Shown in pieces: positions 25,180 to 37,329 of a stretch of DNA of 57,218 bases. The notes under the pieces are model-generated. The model made no database searches and was not told where the DNA came from. It saw nothing but the letters and a program-made list of their open reading frames with translations. Origin of the DNA: Octopus bimaculoides (taxonomy: Eukaryota). The position numbers and the translations under genes were made by a program. The stretch is from positions 91,598,671-91,655,888 of the forward strand of contig NC_068982.1 of NCBI RefSeq assembly GCF_001194135.2, given 5' to 3'. The number at the start of each line of letters is the position of its first letter. The first letter of the stretch is position 1.

Positions 25180-26110
25180 CAGATTTGGCGAAAATTGCTT
25201 CGGTTACCCTCAAAAGAGTAAGCCGAAATGTTTATTTTGTAAAGCATTTTACAGAAGCTGTCGATCATCTTGCTTCTTGCCATTGTTTTATACTTTTGGA
25301 AGTATTGCGTGAAAAAGTAGATTGTAAAGATTTTGATGATGTGATAAGACTTGCGACAAATGTAGTCAATTTGACACTGAATTTAATTTACTTTTAGATG
25401 AATATTAATCAGTTTATAACAGTTTATTAATTTACAATGGGCCAGTTGTGACCAAGTGCTTCAAATGTTTCGAGAATGGTTAAGTGAAATTAGAATATTT
25501 TTAGGTATGAAAAGCATGGATAATTTTTCAGCTAAATGATTTTGATTGGGATCAGTGAAATTCTTTTACATTATTCTATTGCATGTGGCTGAACTTAATA
25601 TTTTGGGGTATATATTGACGTGATGTTTGACTTGATCAATAGTTTTGAGAATGAATTCGATATATTTCAATGTGATTTAGAAATTAAAACTTTTGATTGC
25701 TTCCCAAGAGTGAAGAAATTAGTTTCAAGGAAACATCTGCAAAATTCTTCAACAGCACGCAAAACAGTTTATAGACGTTTTAAAGGCCCTTAATGAAGAG
25801 TTTTCTTCTAGATTTCTGCAATTCAGAGAGTGAAGGAAAACCAATACAATTTAGGAAATACACTGGTGACATTGATTTCACGGAGCTGAAATTAGATATT
25901 TTTGAATGATTGGATTTAAGAGGTCTAGAAATGCAAATATTCGATTTTTAATCCAATTCTATTTGGAAGCAAAAAATAAATCACACTTAGTGCTGATTGA
26001 GTGGGGAAAATGAACGAGAACGTGACATATAATCGTGAATAAATGTTCAGACTGATCTTCTGGAAATGTATAATTGTATCATCGAAAAATGTGGTACCGT
26101 TAGAATTTCT
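25180..26110 (+). mobile_element. Degenerate hAT (SPIN/GTF2IRD2-like) transposase fragment
   Basis: Fragments DFDDVIRLATNVVN, QVLQMFREWLSEIRIFL and MFDLINSFENEFDIFQCDLEIKTFDCFPRVK resemble ..DV...V..VN, RWLS.G.VL.RF..L..EI..FL and M...I.SFE.KL..F..DL....F.HFP motifs. Confidence 0.5.
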
Positions 26111-26156
26111 GCAAAACCACCCCTAACCATTTTGTCATCAATATATTCATATGTTT

Positions 26157-26612
26157 AAGGCGGCGAAATGGCAGAAACGTTAGCATGCCGGGCGAAATGC
26201 TTAGCTGTATTTCGTCTGTCTTTACCTACCTACCAACCAACCTACCTACCTACCTACATACATACAAGCCTTTCACTTTTAACTCTTTTCTCCATTCACG
26301 GAGGCTAGAAGCCCTTTAACTTGTTCTAGTGAGCATAGTCAAAGCCATAGGTGACCTGACTTCATCGTATATATATATACATATATATATATACACGCAT
26401 GCATACATACATACATACTTACATACATCGGGGTCAAAATATTTTAGCAGCATTTCTTCTGGCTTTACATTCCAAGTTCAAATTCCGTCAATCGACTTCG
26501 TCTCTCAATCTTTTGGGGTCGTTAAAATAAGTACCAGTTGAGAACTGGCGTCGATGTGATCTGCTTACCCCTCATCTCAGTATTTATGGCCTTGTGCTAA
26601 AATTTGAAGGAA
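26157..26612 (+). mobile_element. SINE family B head (26157-26225) and a second head/body/tail segment (26449-26612)
   Basis: aaggcggcgaaatggcagaaacgttagcatgccgggcgaaatgc (A box); later aagttcaaattcc (B box)...ggggtcgttaaaataagtaccagttg...aaaatttgaa. Confidence 0.75.
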
Positions 26613-26650
26613 TAATTATTATTTTTATACCCAGGTGGACCAAATTCAGC

Positions 26651-26683
<33 letters not shown>

Positions 26684-27409
26684 TCAACTGCATTAGGATT
26701 TGAACTTTGTATGTTAATGAGCGAATAAAAATATTGTATGCCATTTATTCCTGTATCTTTTTTTTTTTTCTGTTTTACTACTCTGCAATTCTCTTTGATT
26801 CTTGATTAAATAGTAATAAACAGCAAAGAGTGAGACACAATAAAACTTGTTTCTCTTTTATCGCATCATAATTCTATTGGACATAAGGGATTTATATCTT
26901 TTATCAAGTGTGCCACAAAGCTCCAATGATGTCACAAAGTAGTGTGAGGTTCTGATGTAAAAGAATAAGCTGGAAACTTCAACAAACATTTTTATTCATA
27001 CATAAAGACTATTTAATATTCTTTGATACAGTTTTTGCAGATCATGAAAATACTAGCCACTACTGTAAAACCGTACCGAATACACGTCTATTAAAGTGTC
27101 ATAGTATGTGTATGTTTATGTGTATGCTTATGTGTACGTATATGTATATCGCAATAACACGGTATGTAAAAACGTGTATTTGTGTAGATGTATATGTACG
27201 TCTCTGTGTATTTTGCTAGAGATAATATTTAAAATTTATATGCAACACAGAACATTTGCTTTGTATGCATGCGTATTTGCATTCTAGTATACGCATTCCG
27301 AAGCTTGTACTGTTGCGTGTATATCATACATGTGTGTTTGTGTGAAGTATATGCGAGTGCGTTCATTATTATTATTATTATTGTTGTTATTATTATTATT
27401 ATTATTATT

Positions 27410-28432
27410 CAGTAGTTTTATTTTTATAACGTGCTTTCACTTCACTACCGAGCGCAGCTCTGTGCGCCTTGGGTATGTGCTGTGGTTTGCTGTGGTGCTC
27501 TTATGTTTACTGTATTGAAAGTGTTTTGCGTAGAATGTGTGCAGTACCCAGTAGTGCAATTTTCTGTATGTTATATATATTTGTAAGTCCTGGTGTTTTT
27601 GTTATGTATTTGTCTGAATATTTTTTTATTATACCTAAGGCACCTACTATGATAGGAATTGTTTCTGTTTTTAGATTCCACATTCGAGTTATCTCTATTT
27701 CCAGGTCTTTNNNNNNNNNNNNNNNNNNNNNNNNNNNNNNNNNNNNNNNNNNNNNNNNNNNNNNNNNNNNNNNNNNNNNNNNNNNNNNNNNNNNNNNNNN
27801 NNNNNNNNNNNNNNNNNNNNNNNNNNNNNNNNNNNNNNNNNNNNNNNNNNNNNNNNNNNNNNNNNNNNNNNNNNNNNNNNNNNNNNNNNNNNNNNNNNNN
27901 NNNNNNNNNNNNNNNNNNNNNNNNNNNNNNNNNNNNNNNNNNNNNNNNNNNNNNNNNNNNNNNNNNNNNNNNNNNNNNNNNNNNNNNNNNNNNNNNNNNN
28001 NNNNNNNNNNNNNNNNNNNNNNNNNNNNNNNNNNNNNNNNNNNNNNNNNNNNNNNNNNNNNNNNNNNNNNNNNNNNNNNNNNNNNNNNNNNNNNNNNNNN
28101 NNNNNNNNNNNNNNNNNNNNNNNNNNNNNNNNNNNNNNNNNNNNNNNNNNNNNNNNNNNNNNNNNNNNNNNNNNNNNNNNNNNNNNNNNNNNNNNNNNNN
28201 NNNNNNNNNNNNNNNNNNNNNNNNNNNNNNNNNNNNNNNNNNNNNTTAGTTTAGCCCAGTATTTACCATGTAGGGGCTTTTCTTGCCATCGTTTTATCAT
28301 GGTCCGTTGCTGTTCTAGTTTTAGTTTGGATTTCATTTGTTTTATAGCTTTTGTTGTTTCTTCTTCTTCTTCTTCGTATTTGTTAGGTAGATTGATTTCT
28401 TGTTTGTATTTGTCAGCTTCCTTAAATACTTA

Positions 28433-28437
<5 letters not shown>
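27410..28437 (-). mobile_element. R4/Dong-like RLE LINE, 5'-truncated, flanked by (TTA)n on both sides (middle in a gap)
   Basis: Minus translation ...KQMKSKLKLEQQRTMIKRWQEKPLHGKYW [gap] KDLEIEITRMWNLKTETIPIIVGALGIIKK...IQKIALLGTAHILRKTLSIQ*; no stops in the visible parts. Confidence 0.85.
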
Positions 28438-28505
<68 letters not shown>

Positions 28506-28910
28506 TGCGTGCTTAAACACAGCCATGTGAGTAGGGTGCTGTCTTAAAACATTCATCTATCAGTAGCTACATCATTGCTCATGAGTATATGGCACACATA
28601 ATGCCATTTATGTGCGTCTAGATATCACAAAAGCCAACCACAATTAATCTCATGGGCAGAAAAATGTTTGCTTTTAATTATTTCCAAACTATTTTCTTAC
28701 TTATCCAAATTATTGTATCAATGAATAACGTAAGAATAGAGCAAATACTAGATATTGTAGATTCAGTTATTATGTATTATACACCATTGGAATATAAAAT
28801 AACATTAGGTATACATACAACACACACACACATACAATAACAACAACAACAACAACAACAACAACAAAAACAACAATAATAATGATAATAATAATAATAA
28901 TAATAATAAT

Positions 28911-29123
28911 CCTTTCTACTATAGGCACAAGGCCGGAAATTTTGGTGGAGGAGGCCAGTCGATTTGATCGACTCCAGTACGCAACTGGTACTTAATTTAT
29001 CGACTGCAAAAAGATGAAAGGCAAAGTCGACCTCGGCGGAATTTGAACTCAGAACGTATCGACAGGCAAAATACCGCTAAGCACTTCGTCCGGCGTGTTA
29101 ACGTTTCTACCAGCTCACAGCCT
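28911..29123 (-). mobile_element. SINE family B, well preserved
   Basis: cctttctactataggcacaaggccggaaattttgg...gtcgacctcggcggaatttgaactcagaacg...cagctcacagcct; preceded by an (AAT)n tail. Confidence 0.88.
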
Positions 29124-29166
29124 TTTTATAATAATTAATAATAATAACAACAATAATAATAATAAT

Positions 29167-29448
29167 CCTTTCTACTACAGACACAAGACCTGAAATTTTG
29201 GCGAGAGGGATATTCGATTACATCGACTCCAGTGTTTCACTGGTACTTAACTTATCGACCTCGAGAGGATGAAAGGCGAAGTTGACCTCGGTGAAGTTGA
29301 CCTCGGTGAAGTTGACCTCGGCGAAGTTGACCTCGGCGAAGTTGACCTCGGCGAAGTTGACCTCGGNNNNNNNNNNGTTGACCTCGGCGAAGTTGACCTC
29401 GGCGAAGTTGACCTCGGCGAAGTTGACCTCGGCGAAATTTGAATTCGC
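29167..29448 (-). mobile_element. SINE family B containing a 15-bp tandem expansion
   Basis: Family B tail and body, then (gttgacctcggcgaa) x ~10 at 29281-29436 (10-N gap inside), then atttgaattc. Confidence 0.85.
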
Positions 29449-29479
<31 letters not shown>

Positions 29480-29573
29480 GTATTTAAAGGATTGATGTTA
29501 CTCCTCCAGAAAGCAAAGAAACAATAAGAAAAATGTGACTGTTATCGAATGAACAATATATCGACATCTCTAA

Positions 29574-29644
<71 letters not shown>

Positions 29645-29794
29645 TAACATATACATATATAATGATATAAGAAGAGCGCCAGCCTTGACAGCGGCTGGAC
29701 GTATCCTTTGCTGCTCTGACCAGTCCGCGGCCGAAGACACAGAAACACTAATAGAACCCAGCAGGACAACAGAAAAATAACTCCCAAAGACTGG

Positions 29795-30285
29795 AATATC
29801 TACAATTTCCTGTATTTTAAATTTCCCTCAAAATAAGTTAGGAAACTTACATATCTACAGTTTTCGAACACACAAACGATCAGCTTTAAAAACTTTAATA
29901 TCTACAACTTCTGTGAATATCTTTCCTTTCCTTTCTGCCTGAGTATTCGAAAATATAAACATCCTTTTTATTCTAAGAACACTACAGTTTTCTCTGTTTG
30001 GACATACAAAAGACCATCTTTAGTAAATTTTAAAATTTTAATATCTACAACTTTCTGTGAAAATTTTACTGTCCTTTTCTTTTCTTTTCTTTCTCCCTGA
30101 GGATTCGAAAATGTAAGTATCCTTTTTATTGCAAAAAACACTACAGTCTTCTTTGATCGGACATACAAACGAACATCTTTAGAAAATTTTTAAACTTTAA
30201 TATCTACAATTATGTGTGAAAATTTTCTTTCTTTTCTCCTTGACTACTCAAATATATAAACATACCTTTTATTGCAACAACAATT
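29795..30285. repeat. Degenerate minisatellite, ~145-160-bp unit, ~3 copies
   Basis: aatatctacaa recurs at ~29795, 29898, 30040 and 30199, with recurring tgtgaa, ttcgaaaat, cactacagt and gacatacaaa blocks. Confidence 0.75.
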
Positions 30286-30745
30286 AAACGCACGATAGAA
30301 AAAAATTAAGGAGGTAAGCATCTGCCAATATATACAAACTGCAAAATTACAAAAACTTTCAACCACAGCAAAAGCTTATAGAAAGAAAAGAAAAGAATTC
30401 AGAAATTTAAAAATAACTAAAAATAGAACAAAGTGAATTAGTTCTTTTCAAGGCCAAGGTCAGCACTCTCATTGATCGCTAGTAGTAGTAGACACATTTG
30501 GCCTCTGCTGAACTCAAGGGTGTAAGGTCTCTCTTGTCTCTTTATTGCACAAGTAGTCCATTGCTGACCTCCTCACCATCTGCCGAATATATTTACAGAC
30601 CTGTAGAATTTGGTCTGTTCACCAACTTGCTTCTCTTCCTCCTACTATTCCCTTCATCCCTCACATATTTATGATTATCTCAAGTACAAGACAAAAGTTG
30701 AAACTAAACAACATTTAATAATACTATTTAATAATAAATGGAAAT

Positions 30746-30836
<91 letters not shown>

Positions 30837-31700
30837 GAGATACTGGTCCGATTCCAGCCTGTCGTTATCCAGCAAGGGACTAGCACACACGGCGTAGATG
30901 CAACAAATAATTCAATGCTGTGGTTATGGAGTGTTACTACCTGAGCAACCCTGTAGACGAAAATGGTGTTCATATTAGGGGATACCGACAACGTATATAT
31001 GATAAATGGAGAGAAAGAGGATTGTTTCAACTCACGGAACAGAGATTATGTGACCAAGCTGGAGCAATAAGAAAAAATCTTTGCATCAAAGAAGTAGAGC
31101 TCGAAGCTATCAAAAGACGGGTATTGGAAAACAGCAGCAGAGGGAACGATGAAAATATAGTTCTTACTGACAAAAGTAATTTCATAGCAGAAAACAGGCG
31201 AGAACTCTAATAAACCACAGGAAAAGAACAGTGATAGCTTGCTCGATGAGAGACATATAGATGGTCTGGAAGAAGACAATAAAACTAATGATGGCATGAC
31301 AGATGAACAAAAGGCAATCTACGATAGAATAAAGGCAAGGCTACAGGAGAACGATAGCGACATTATTTGCAACCTTAAAAAAATTGACCGGTGGAATTTG
31401 AACCAAGAAACGAAAAATGTGAATGAAATTCTGAAATACATCAGAACAAACAACATCACAGAAACAAATAATTTGATCAAGGCAGCAAGTATTGTTGTAG
31501 CAGAAAACATGGGTGTTGATGTTAAGAAAAAGAAATATAATGGGAGTGACAAAAGAAAAGATCCACGGTGGAAAAGAAGAATACAGGCGAGTTTAGATAT
31601 GCTCTCGAATGATATTTCTGTGTTAGACCGAAAAGAGAGGGGGGGGTTTAAAAGTGAACAAAATTATAGGACACTGAATAGGAAGTATGATATTGAAACA
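30837..31700 (+). mobile_element. R4/Dong-like LINE, 5' (N-terminal) portion
   Basis: MECYYLSNPVDENGVHIRGYRQRIYDKWRERGLFQLTEQRLCDQ and ITETNNLIKAASIVV...DPRWKRRIQ...RKYDI are characteristic N-terminal motifs; bounded by (AAC/AAT)n on both sides. Confidence 0.8.
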
Positions 31701-31718
31701 ACAATAATAATAATAATG

Positions 31719-31780
<62 letters not shown>

Positions 31781-31800
31781 GACGACGACACCGATGAGGA

Positions 31801-32303
31801 TGATGCAATACCAGGCACTGGCTCTCATGGCTTCTGATCTTAACAGATTGGAAGTGTTATGTACACATTTTGTCTTGGTATAAAAGATGGGCTACAGCAA
31901 ATATTCTGCTCAATACTAGTTGAGCATGTCCCTTAGTGGCTGATGATATGTGTATCTCTGATCCCGAGCAGAAGTAGTGGGGGAAGATTATAGCTATATG
32001 TTGAAAGGAATTCTTTGGGGCTTGAATCATTCACCTTTGGATACATAGGTGTTTCGTTCATCATCCTTCAACAACCCTTATTCAGGGAACTTCTAAGCAG
32101 GATGGGCTACTAGATCCGAAGAAAATTCTAACTGCAAGGTCAGGCGTTGTTTATCTTGATATGAGATCACCATGTCGCGTACATATGGTTGTGATGCATG
32201 TGCCTGGTGTACCCTTATCAGACAGATAGTCATGATGGGTATACTGGGCTTCGTATATTTGACCCCAGTGTCACTTTGACGGCATGCACTGCTCTCTCAC
32301 TCA
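31801..32303 (-). repeat. Interspersed repeat family D, longer copy
   Basis: Homologous (inverted) to 16727-17056. Confidence 0.8.
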
Positions 32304-32399
32304 ATAATGATAACAACAACAACAGCAACATCAACAACAGCAATAACAACAACAACAACAACAACAACAACACCAACAACAATAATAATAATAAAATGC

Positions 32400-33075
32400 A
32401 GAATAGACAACACTACTGATAGTGACAAATGCAGGTGAGAGAGGTGAAACGGTATAATACATCCTGAGCGAATGCCTGAAATTGGCAGAACGCGGTACAA
32501 AAGACGCCATGACAATGTAGCAAGAATGATCCATTGGGAGTTCTGTAGAAATCACGGCCCACAAAGAGTAAAGACGTGGTACGAGAAAACCCCAGAAGGA
32601 GTCACCGAAAATGAGAATTGCAAAATCCTGTGGGATGCAATGATCCAGTGCGATCACCCGACCAGACATTGGAAACCGGACATTGTTGTGGTGAATAAAA
32701 AAGAAAGAACATGTATAATAATCGATATAGCATGCATCAGTGACAACAGGATCAATGTGAAAGAAGAAGCAATAAACAATCATGACGATTTGAACTGGGA
32801 AATACGAGGGTTGTGGTCAATGAAGAGAGTAGACGTTATACCAATAGTAATTGGTGCACTTGAAAGTATCAGCACTCAACTACCAGCATGGCTGCAAAAG
32901 ACTGGTGCAAGTATGAAGGTAGAACACCTACAAAAATCAGCATTGCTTGGAACTGAAAGAATTCTTCGCAGGGTTCTTGAAGCATCACCAGTAAACAAGT
33001 GTCACCTTAATCTGCTGGCTGTGGACAGCTGACACTTTCCATCTTGCCCAGTAAAATAAGCTGTGAGTTTTCATA
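32400..33075 (+). mobile_element. R4/Dong-like LINE 3' portion (zinc-knuckle remnant, RLE, 3' UTR, TAA tail)
   Basis: RYKRRHDNVARMIHWEFC...ILWDAMIQCDHPTRHWKPDIVVVNKKERTCIIIDIA...IPIVIGAL...QKSALLGTERILRRVL. Confidence 0.88.
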
Positions 33076-33094
33076 TAATAATAATAATAACGAT

Positions 33095-33308
33095 GGTTTC
33101 AAATTTTGCTACAAGGACAGCAATTTTGGGGGAGAGGACGAGTCGATTACATCGACCCCAGTGTTCAACTGGTACTTATTTTATCGACCCCGAAAGGATG
33201 AAAGGATAAAATCGAGCTCGGCGGAATTTGAACTCGGAACGTAGCGACGGGGCGAAATACCGTTACTCATTTCGTCCAGCGGGCTAACGATTCTGCCAAC
33301 TCGCCGCT
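33095..33308 (-). mobile_element. SINE family B
   Basis: ggtttcaaattttgc...cgaaaggatgaaagg...cggcggaatttgaactcggaacg...aactcgccgct. Confidence 0.85.
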
Positions 33309-33354
33309 GCTGCTGTTGCTGCTGATGATGATGATCGTAAAAAAAGACGAAGGT

Positions 33355-33668
33355 AAAAAAATACAATCACTTAAAATTTGAAATGGGAAGAATTTGGAGA
33401 ATGTGAACAGTGAAGGTCGTTCCTATAATAATTGGTGCATAGGGAACAGTAAGCCAAGATATTAACAAATGGCTGACAGAAGTTGAAATAGATTGCCTGG
33501 CAGAGCTCCTTCAGAAAGTTTGTCTCTTAGGGACAGCAAGGATTATCAGGAGGGTTCTAAGCACTTGAAAAACTGCTGAAAACTTGTGGATACCTAAGGT
33601 TACAAGTAAGTAAGCCACTACCCACTACATAACTCCTACCAGGAATAAAACCGAACCTGAGCCAAACC
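33355..33668 (+). mobile_element. R4/Dong-like LINE extreme 3' end (third variant) with TAA tail
   Basis: KYNHLKFEMGRIWRM*TVKVVPIIIGA*GTV...LQKVCLLGTARIIRRVLST*, then UTR and (AAT)n. Confidence 0.75.
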
Positions 33669-33670
33669 AA

Positions 33671-33707
<37 letters not shown>

Positions 33708-33776
33708 GTGATGATGATATAGTGCGTGCATGTGTGTGTGTGCATGTATGCATGCATGTATGTATGTATGAATGTA

Positions 33777-33837
<61 letters not shown>

Positions 33838-34974
33838 ACGTTTGTATGTATGTATGTATGTATGCATGCATCTCGCTTTGAATTATGTACTGGACAATAC
33901 AGTTAATGTGTATATTGTATTCATATAATATATGGCTTTCTTTTATTTATTTAATCATTTTCACAGTACTTTTTACGCTCAGTTTTACTTCAATTACAAA
34001 TATCGCCTTGTCCTGGGGGATGACAGAAAATAAGATAAATAAAATGAAGAAAAAGGAAACAAAAACAACTTTCCTGCTGTATAACCACAACAGAATGCAT
34101 GAGAGAGAGAAAGCGAGAGGGGGGGAGCGAGGGAGCGAGGGGGAGGGGGAAGCATACAGTTAGTCAGACAGAGAAAGAGAGAATTTTCTGGTATCACATC
34201 GCACCGAGTTGGGACAACGCTTTCATATCGGAAGAGGAAGTTATTTAATACTATGCTGGAAGCTTATTTAGCAATTTCATTCTACGAAAGCCCATCTATG
34301 GCTCAATCGTGAAGTTAACGCCGTAGAGACAGACTAAGAACACCCGATGTGGCATTCTAATTTTTATTTTTTTAAAAATTTTTGTTTTATTTATTTTTTT
34401 GATTTACAAGCTTTTGAACGAGTTATTTGGTATTGAAATATTGGTCTAAACTATGTATCGGCTTCTTGGAGACATGCAATAAATTATTTCAATGTACACC
34501 ATAACTTTCTTTAATTTATTCGTTTATATATACAAACATTGGTATACATACGCACACACAATATGTATGTATGTATGTATGTATGTGCATACATACACTC
34601 ATAAATAAATAAATATACTTACACGCACACAAGGCATACACACACACAAAGCATAGACATGCACACATACACATACACATATGGTGAGTGAACAAACGAG
34701 ACAGTGACGCACAACACATTTTGATGGAGTTACATGTATTTAATAACAGGACACGTCTACCTCGAGGTAGAGGTATTGTAAACTCACGAGACTTTAAATA
34801 ATGTAGCACCTGATCAAACTGTTAGTAAATGTGTGTACTTATATGTATATATGTATGGTTGTATGTATGCATATATGCTTGTATGAATATATGTATGGTT
34901 TTATAGCTTATATGAGAAGGATTCTTTCATTTTAAGTTCATTATGAAGATGGATGCAATGCTAGACTAACTAAA

Positions 34975-37265
34975 ATGTGTTGTAATAGAATTTCTGAAGT
35001 TTTTCAATATGATGTCTGGCCTATTTGCATCTATCTTCCTGTCAGTTTGAATGGTGAAGTTCCAGAGGAGTGAGATGTGATCATTTTCAAGCACTGGAAG
35101 TGGTTTGTGTTCCCACCAGTTTTTATCATGGGGCAAGTCTAGGTTTTTGCAAATTACCAAGTGAATACATTGTGCAGCTCTATCATGCCTTTTGAGATAC
35201 TCTGTAGGCGCAAGAAGACTGCACTTGGAGACAACATGATCAATGGTTTCATTTTGTTGTTGACATACACATGTTGGGAGGCTGCCGTTCTTTAATATGT
35301 TGGCCTGGTAGTTCCTTGTAGGTAAGCATTGATCTTGGTCTGCTATGATAAACCCTTATGTTTCAGATTTTAAGCCAGAAGCCATTAGCCATTGATGGGT
35401 AAGGGCTTTGTCAACATCGGTATTATTAGCTCTCTTTGGATATTTGCCATCGACAGGTTTAGTTTTGTCATTCATCAGTCAGAGTATCTAAGGCAGCAGT
35501 TTTAGCACGGGTTTTCATGCGCTTAGCTTTTTCTGCGCTTGTTTCTCGTATATCTAATTCCGGAATTTGTTGTATTTGGAATCCACTAAGATATTCCTTT
35601 GCCTATTTTGTTACTGAGTATGATGCTTTCTTGTTTTCATGTTTTAAGACAAGCTTTAACATCCAGTCCTCAGAGTTTTTCAGGAAGGTGTCTAGGACAA
35701 TTGTGGCAATCTTCATTGTTAATGCCAGTTGTAAAAGTCCACGGCCTCCCTCTTTTCTTGGCAGATAAAGTCGTTCTATATCTGCCTTAGGGTGGTGCAT
35801 TCTATGCATTGTCAACAGTTTTCGTATTTTTCTGTCAAGATTACATATTTCAGTAATTGACAAGTTAATGATATTGAAACTGTAAGTCACAACTGGTATG
35901 ACTAAAGCATATAATTGCTTCGATCCTGTTTCTTGCATTCAGCTTTGTCTTAAGTATAGCTCTCACCCTGCGATAACATTCTCTCCTGATCCTTCCCCTC
36001 ATCACCGAATACCTGATTCCATCCCCTTCAAGTACCCCAAGGTATTTGTAGCTCTCCGCTGGTTCTAACACTTTTATGACATTCTGCTGGGCAAGGTTAA
36101 CGTTAGATGTTTCTGTCATTTTTCCTTTGATAAAGGTAGCTTTTCCACATTTATCGAGGCCAAATTGCATTTTGATGTCATTACTGAATTATTTAACAAT
36201 CGCTAATGAGCCCTTGAGTTGTTGGTCATTTTTTGCAAAGAGCTTGAGACGATTTATATTTTTATCAAACATTTTATAACCGTACTGTGCATCATTGAGC
36301 AATTTTGAGAGAGGTATTAAGGCTAGACAAAAGTGGAGTGGTGATAGTGAGTCACCCTGGAAAATGCCACACGAAATTGTTACATCTCCAGCATTTAGAG
36401 ATTCATTGTCATTGTTCAACATCAGTGTGGTTCTCCATGATCTCATACTTACAGACAAAACGTTTCACAGAGTAGGAGCTATTTTATACATTTCCAGACA
36501 TTTCTTAATCCAGCTGTGGTAGGCTATCAAAAGCTTTTTTATAGTCTATCCAGGCAAACAAGTTTTTGTGTCATTTGTGACAATCTTCTAAGATTATCTT
36601 ATTGATGAGTAGCTAATCTTTACAATCATAGGATCCACGTTTACATCCTTTTTGCTCATTAGGGAATATGCTGCTTTCTATTAAAAAACTATAGGTATAT
36701 TCAGTCAGGACAGCTGTTAGCGTTTTATAGATTGTTGTTAAGCAGGTTATGGGTCTATTATTTTTGGGCTCTTTTGTTTCTTCATTTTATGGAAGCAGGA
36801 ATGTTAAACCATTAACTAGCCAAGAGGGCATCATACTAGGATGTTGCAAAACATCGTTTTAAAGTTCTGTTAGCAGTTCATGGCTCTCTGGGAAGGCATT
36901 CAACCAGAAGTTAGCAATTTTATCCTTTCCTGGAGACTTCCATTTGCTTGACCTCCTGAGAGCAGATCATATCTTCTACCTTGACCCCCTCCCACTTTTG
37001 CTCCTCTAAGGAGTCTAAGTCTGTAGATATTCTATCAATCCAAGGGGCCTTTTCATTGTGTTTTTTCTTCTGTCCACATATTATTCCAAAATTCCTTCAC
37101 TTCTTTTGATAGGACAGACTTTATTGTAACTGGTGTTTTCCCTATCTTCCTGTAAAAATTTTTGCAGTTATTTTTGAACATGTTGTTGTCCTTGAAGAAT
37201 CTAACGCGCTTTTCATACCTTGCTATGCGGGCAGCTTTAGCACATACCTTTTGCTTGATGGTTTC
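34975..37265 (-). mobile_element. R4/Dong-like LINE, degenerate RT, zinc knuckle and start of RLE
   Basis: ETIKQKVCAKAARIARYEKR; GIFQGDSLSPLHFCLALIPLS; FGLDKCGKA; YKYLGVLE; HPKADIERLYLPRKEGGRGL; CVCQQQNETIDHVVSKC; LWNFTIQTDRKIDANRPDI. The 5' end abuts (TTA)n at 37265-37375. Confidence 0.9.

Positions 37266-37329
<64 letters not shown>

Noticed and set aside
29281-29436. CRISPR-like appearance of short GC-rich repeats
   Set aside because: Head-to-tail units with no unique spacers, derived from SINE sequence, no cas genes, eukaryotic context.
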